Shown one piece after another: positions 37,170 to 39,041 of a DNA stretch of 39,041 nt. The stretch lies in the UHGV virus genome UHGV-0213311; one strand, 5' to 3'. A model generated the notes under the pieces. It was not told where the DNA came from, made no database searches, and saw only the letters and a list, made by a program, of their open reading frames with translations. Origin of the DNA: a virus. The position numbers and the translations under genes were made by a program. How positions within the stretch are numbered: position 1 is the first letter of the stretch; every line of letters starts with the position of its first letter.

Positions 37170-38045
37170 TTAAAACCCCCTGTCAGCAAATTTACCTTCT
37201 CGAACACCTGTCAACGTTGTTTCTCTTAGCAGATAATCAATGTCAGCCGTCCAGCCTGTATCGTTTTCACCAAAATAAAATGGCTTAGCCATTCGGACAA
37301 AGGCTCTAACGTAGGCTCGCCAACCATCAACATTTGACGTTGCAAGGTTTTTGATTATCTTCCTGATCCGTGTTTTACGTTTCTCGTTAGCTTCCACAGC
37401 ATGAGGCAGTCTGTCACCAACTTCCTCGTTGTAGGCATTGAGATATTCATCGTAGTTAATTGGAGTTGATTTTCTCTTGGTAGGTTTTACCGATTCTCCC
37501 CCTTTCACCTCGTGAGGGGTAAGGGGTGTATTACTTTCTTTCTTGTCTTTTGTATTATTGTCTTTTGTGTTTGACCGTTTCGGTAAAGTGGTTTTTACCG
37601 TTTTAGTAAAACTATTCTTTACCGTTTCGGTAAAACTTTTACTGTTTCGGTCAATGTCAGTTTCCCACTCAGAAATATTCTTATTCATTCCAATTTTTCG
37701 ACCTTCCTGAATAAAGATTTTCATCCGAACTAATTGATTTTTAGCGGTGGAGCATTTAGTGCTATCAATCTTTGTCATGCTTTCAAGTTGTTCATTACCA
37801 ACCCAATCCATTTTTTTATTAAAGCCGTATGTTTTTCTCCACACAGCCATAACCATTAATAATTGGTGCTTGGTCAACCCAGCAAGCATGATTGCATCTA
37901 ATAACTCATTCGCTATTCTGGTGTAGCCGTTATCAAGGTCAGCCACTTTGCTCTCCATGACCTCTGGCTCAGGTCTAAAATCATCAAGATATTTTATTTC
38001 CGCTGACATGCTGACCTCCTTGTTGCTTTCTAAACTCTTCGACAA
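37170..38045 (-). CDS. Replication initiator (lambda O / P22 gp18-like) containing the origin iterons
   Basis: N-terminal O-like HTH domain ('YTRIANELLDAIMLAGLTKHQLLMVMAVWRKTYGF'). Internal repeats 'TETVKNSFTKTVKTT' encoded by the DNA iterons. Confidence 0.75.
   Translation of the reverse strand: MSKSLESNKEVSMSAEIKYLDDFRPEPEVMESKVADLDNGYTRIANELLDAIMLAGLTKHQLLMVMAVWRKTYGFNKKMDWVGNEQLESMTKIDSTKCSTAKNQLVRMKIFIQEGRKIGMNKNISEWETDIDRNSKSFTETVKNSFTKTVKTTLPKRSNTKDNNTKDKKESNTPLTPHEVKGGESVKPTKRKSTPINYDEYLNAYNEEVGDRLPHAVEANEKRKTRIRKIIKNLATSNVDGWRAYVRAFVRMAKPFYFGENDTGWTADIDYLLRETTLTGVREGKFADRGF
37574..37654. repeat. Four iterons, ACCGTTTCGGTAAA-like, at 20-24 bp spacing (putative replication origin)
   Basis: ACCGTTTCGGTAAA (37574), ACCGTTTTAGTAAA (37597), ACCGTTTCGGTAAA (37621), ACTGTTTCGGTCAA (37641). 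Flanked by AT-rich sequence. Inside the initiator gene, as in ori-lambda. Confidence 0.65.
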
Positions 38046-38178
38046 ATCGCTTGCCGAAATTCCTGTTTTTTGCCGCTGCTACCAATAGCCCATCAGGGCT
38101 ATCAGGATGTACTCTTTCTTCTTGATTTTGGTTGATAAATCGGCGTTTCTTTGCCATAATTACCTCATTGGGTTGTTG

Positions 38179-38523
38179 TTAAATTAAGTCCATTTGTTGA
38201 GAAGCCTCAGTTACTGCTGGGGCTTTTCTTTTAACCTTTCCCTTCCCTTCAAGAGCCTGAATAACCCTTTCTGCATAATCACCTTCAAGAACAACTTTCG
38301 TTGGCTTATCGCTGATATTTACAGAGTCAGGGGGTAATCCGAACTTACTTACCAACTGGCAAGCTAAATCGAATATTCTGGCTTTATCTCGACTGGATTT
38401 TGAAGGGTGTATTCCTAGCGCCTTAGCGAGTCCGTTATTACCGACTGAATACATTTGTTGAATGTAAAACGTCATCAATTCGTTTGATGAGCACTCTACT
38501 TTGATATTTTTTGCACATTCCAT
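38179..38523 (-). CDS. cII / P22 C1-like lysogeny-establishment activator
   Basis: HTH 'LAKALGIHPSKSSRDKA'. C-terminus 'KRKAPAVTEASQQMDLI' resembles the C-terminal tail of P22 C1. Position between cro and the replication genes. The true start may be an internal Met at 38475. Confidence 0.55.
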   Translation of the reverse strand: MECAKNIKVECSSNELMTFYIQQMYSVGNNGLAKALGIHPSKSSRDKARIFDLACQLVSKFGLPPDSVNISDKPTKVVLEGDYAERVIQALEGKGKVKRKAPAVTEASQQMDLI

Positions 38524-38725
38524 TTGTTAAAGTCCTTCTTAGATTACTTCCCATATTGGGAACAGCAGTAATGATCCGTGGCTCATTCCATATGAGCGGA
38601 TTGTTGATAATTGTCGGGATAGTGTCTCTTTCTCCCTCATCCGACTTTTAGCCATCCGTTTTGGCAGATCCTCGGGGCCGACAATATACTGTGCCGTTCA
38701 GTTACTGCTTTGTTTTGTGATCTGA

Positions 38726-38938
38726 TTAACCAAAAATCTCGTGTAAATCAGGTCTTAATTTGCTCGCTTGAACTACTCCGTTTGTTGCTAGTTCAATGCG
38801 TTTTGCGCTAGTGGCAGATGGTTTTTTCTTTCCATGTAACCAAGCCCATACAGAAGGTTGTTTTACGTTACATATCTCAGCCAGCTTCTGCTGACTACCA
38901 ACCATGCCAATAGCCTTATCAATTAATTTATTTCTCAT
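38726..38938 (-). CDS. cro: Cro-like repressor (XRE HTH)
   Basis: 70 aa. 'SQQKLAEICNVKQPSVWAWLHGKK' shares the 'QPSVW' recognition region with the CI N-terminus. Divergent from cI across the window junction. Confidence 0.75.
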   Translation of the reverse strand: MRNKLIDKAIGMVGSQQKLAEICNVKQPSVWAWLHGKKKPSATSAKRIELATNGVVQASKLRPDLHEIFG

Positions 38939-39041
38939 AAATAACCTCGGCTGTTGGAATATAGCTAATAATAGCCAAGGTTATTCGTGAAGTAAATAGC
39001 TTTAGCTGTTTGTTGTAAAATAACCTCGGCTATATAATGAA
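38939..39041. promoter_or_regulatory. OR-type divergent promoter/operator region (continues into window positions 1-3)
   Basis: 14-bp direct repeat AAATAACCTCGGCT at 38939 and 39018. AATATAGCT motif at 38958, also present twice near the presumed OL at 846 and 893. TATAAT at 39033, which would give a leaderless or near-leaderless cI mRNA. Confidence 0.5.

Overview
The window reads as an essentially complete genome (about 39 kb) of a P22-like temperate podovirus, linearised inside its immunity switch. A LexA/S24-type CI repressor gene sits at the extreme left end on the + strand and a Cro-like gene at the extreme right end on the - strand. Joining the two ends would recreate a roughly 105-bp divergent OR region that carries repeated operator-like motifs. 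Module order from the sequence: CI and its terminator; a C2H2-like zinc-finger ORF; an opposite-strand SieB-like membrane protein; and a run of small orphan early genes. Next come the RecT / YqaJ-exonuclease / SSB recombination module, then a strongly AT-rich island carrying a D12 (Dam-like) adenine methyltransferase with unknown flanking ORFs. A second phage-Dam-family methyltransferase, a Zn-ribbon ORF, Xis and a tyrosine integrase follow, next to an attP that contains the 3' part of a tRNA-Arg(UCU)-like gene and arm-type direct repeats. On the - strand the structural module is P22-like: tailspike, gp16/gp20/gp7/gp14 ejection proteins, gp26 needle, gp10 hub, gp4 adaptor, coat, scaffold, portal, TerL and TerS. 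The tailspike has the conserved P22-type head-binding N-domain fused to an SGNH (GQSN) esterase domain. Downstream on the same strand are a small cargo cluster (an HExxH protein, a collagen-like Gly-X-Y repeat protein, a multi-TM membrane protein) and the lysis cassette (holin with an MTRM dual-start motif, putative endolysin, Rz with embedded Rz1). Then come a Q-type late antiterminator with a PR'/terminator region, a nin-like region (NinG, metallophosphatase, NinB, DUF551-like), a DnaB-like helicase, an O-like initiator with internal iterons, a cII/C1-like gene and Cro. No rRNA, complete tRNA or CRISPR array is present. The most likely places for an undescribed accessory system are: (i) the AT-rich methyltransferase island (6.9-9.3 kb); (ii) the cargo cluster between terminase and lysis genes (28.0-29.9 kb); (iii) the zinc-finger / SieB-like locus beside cI. 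All functional calls rest on motif and architecture recognition from the translated ORFs, without database searches.
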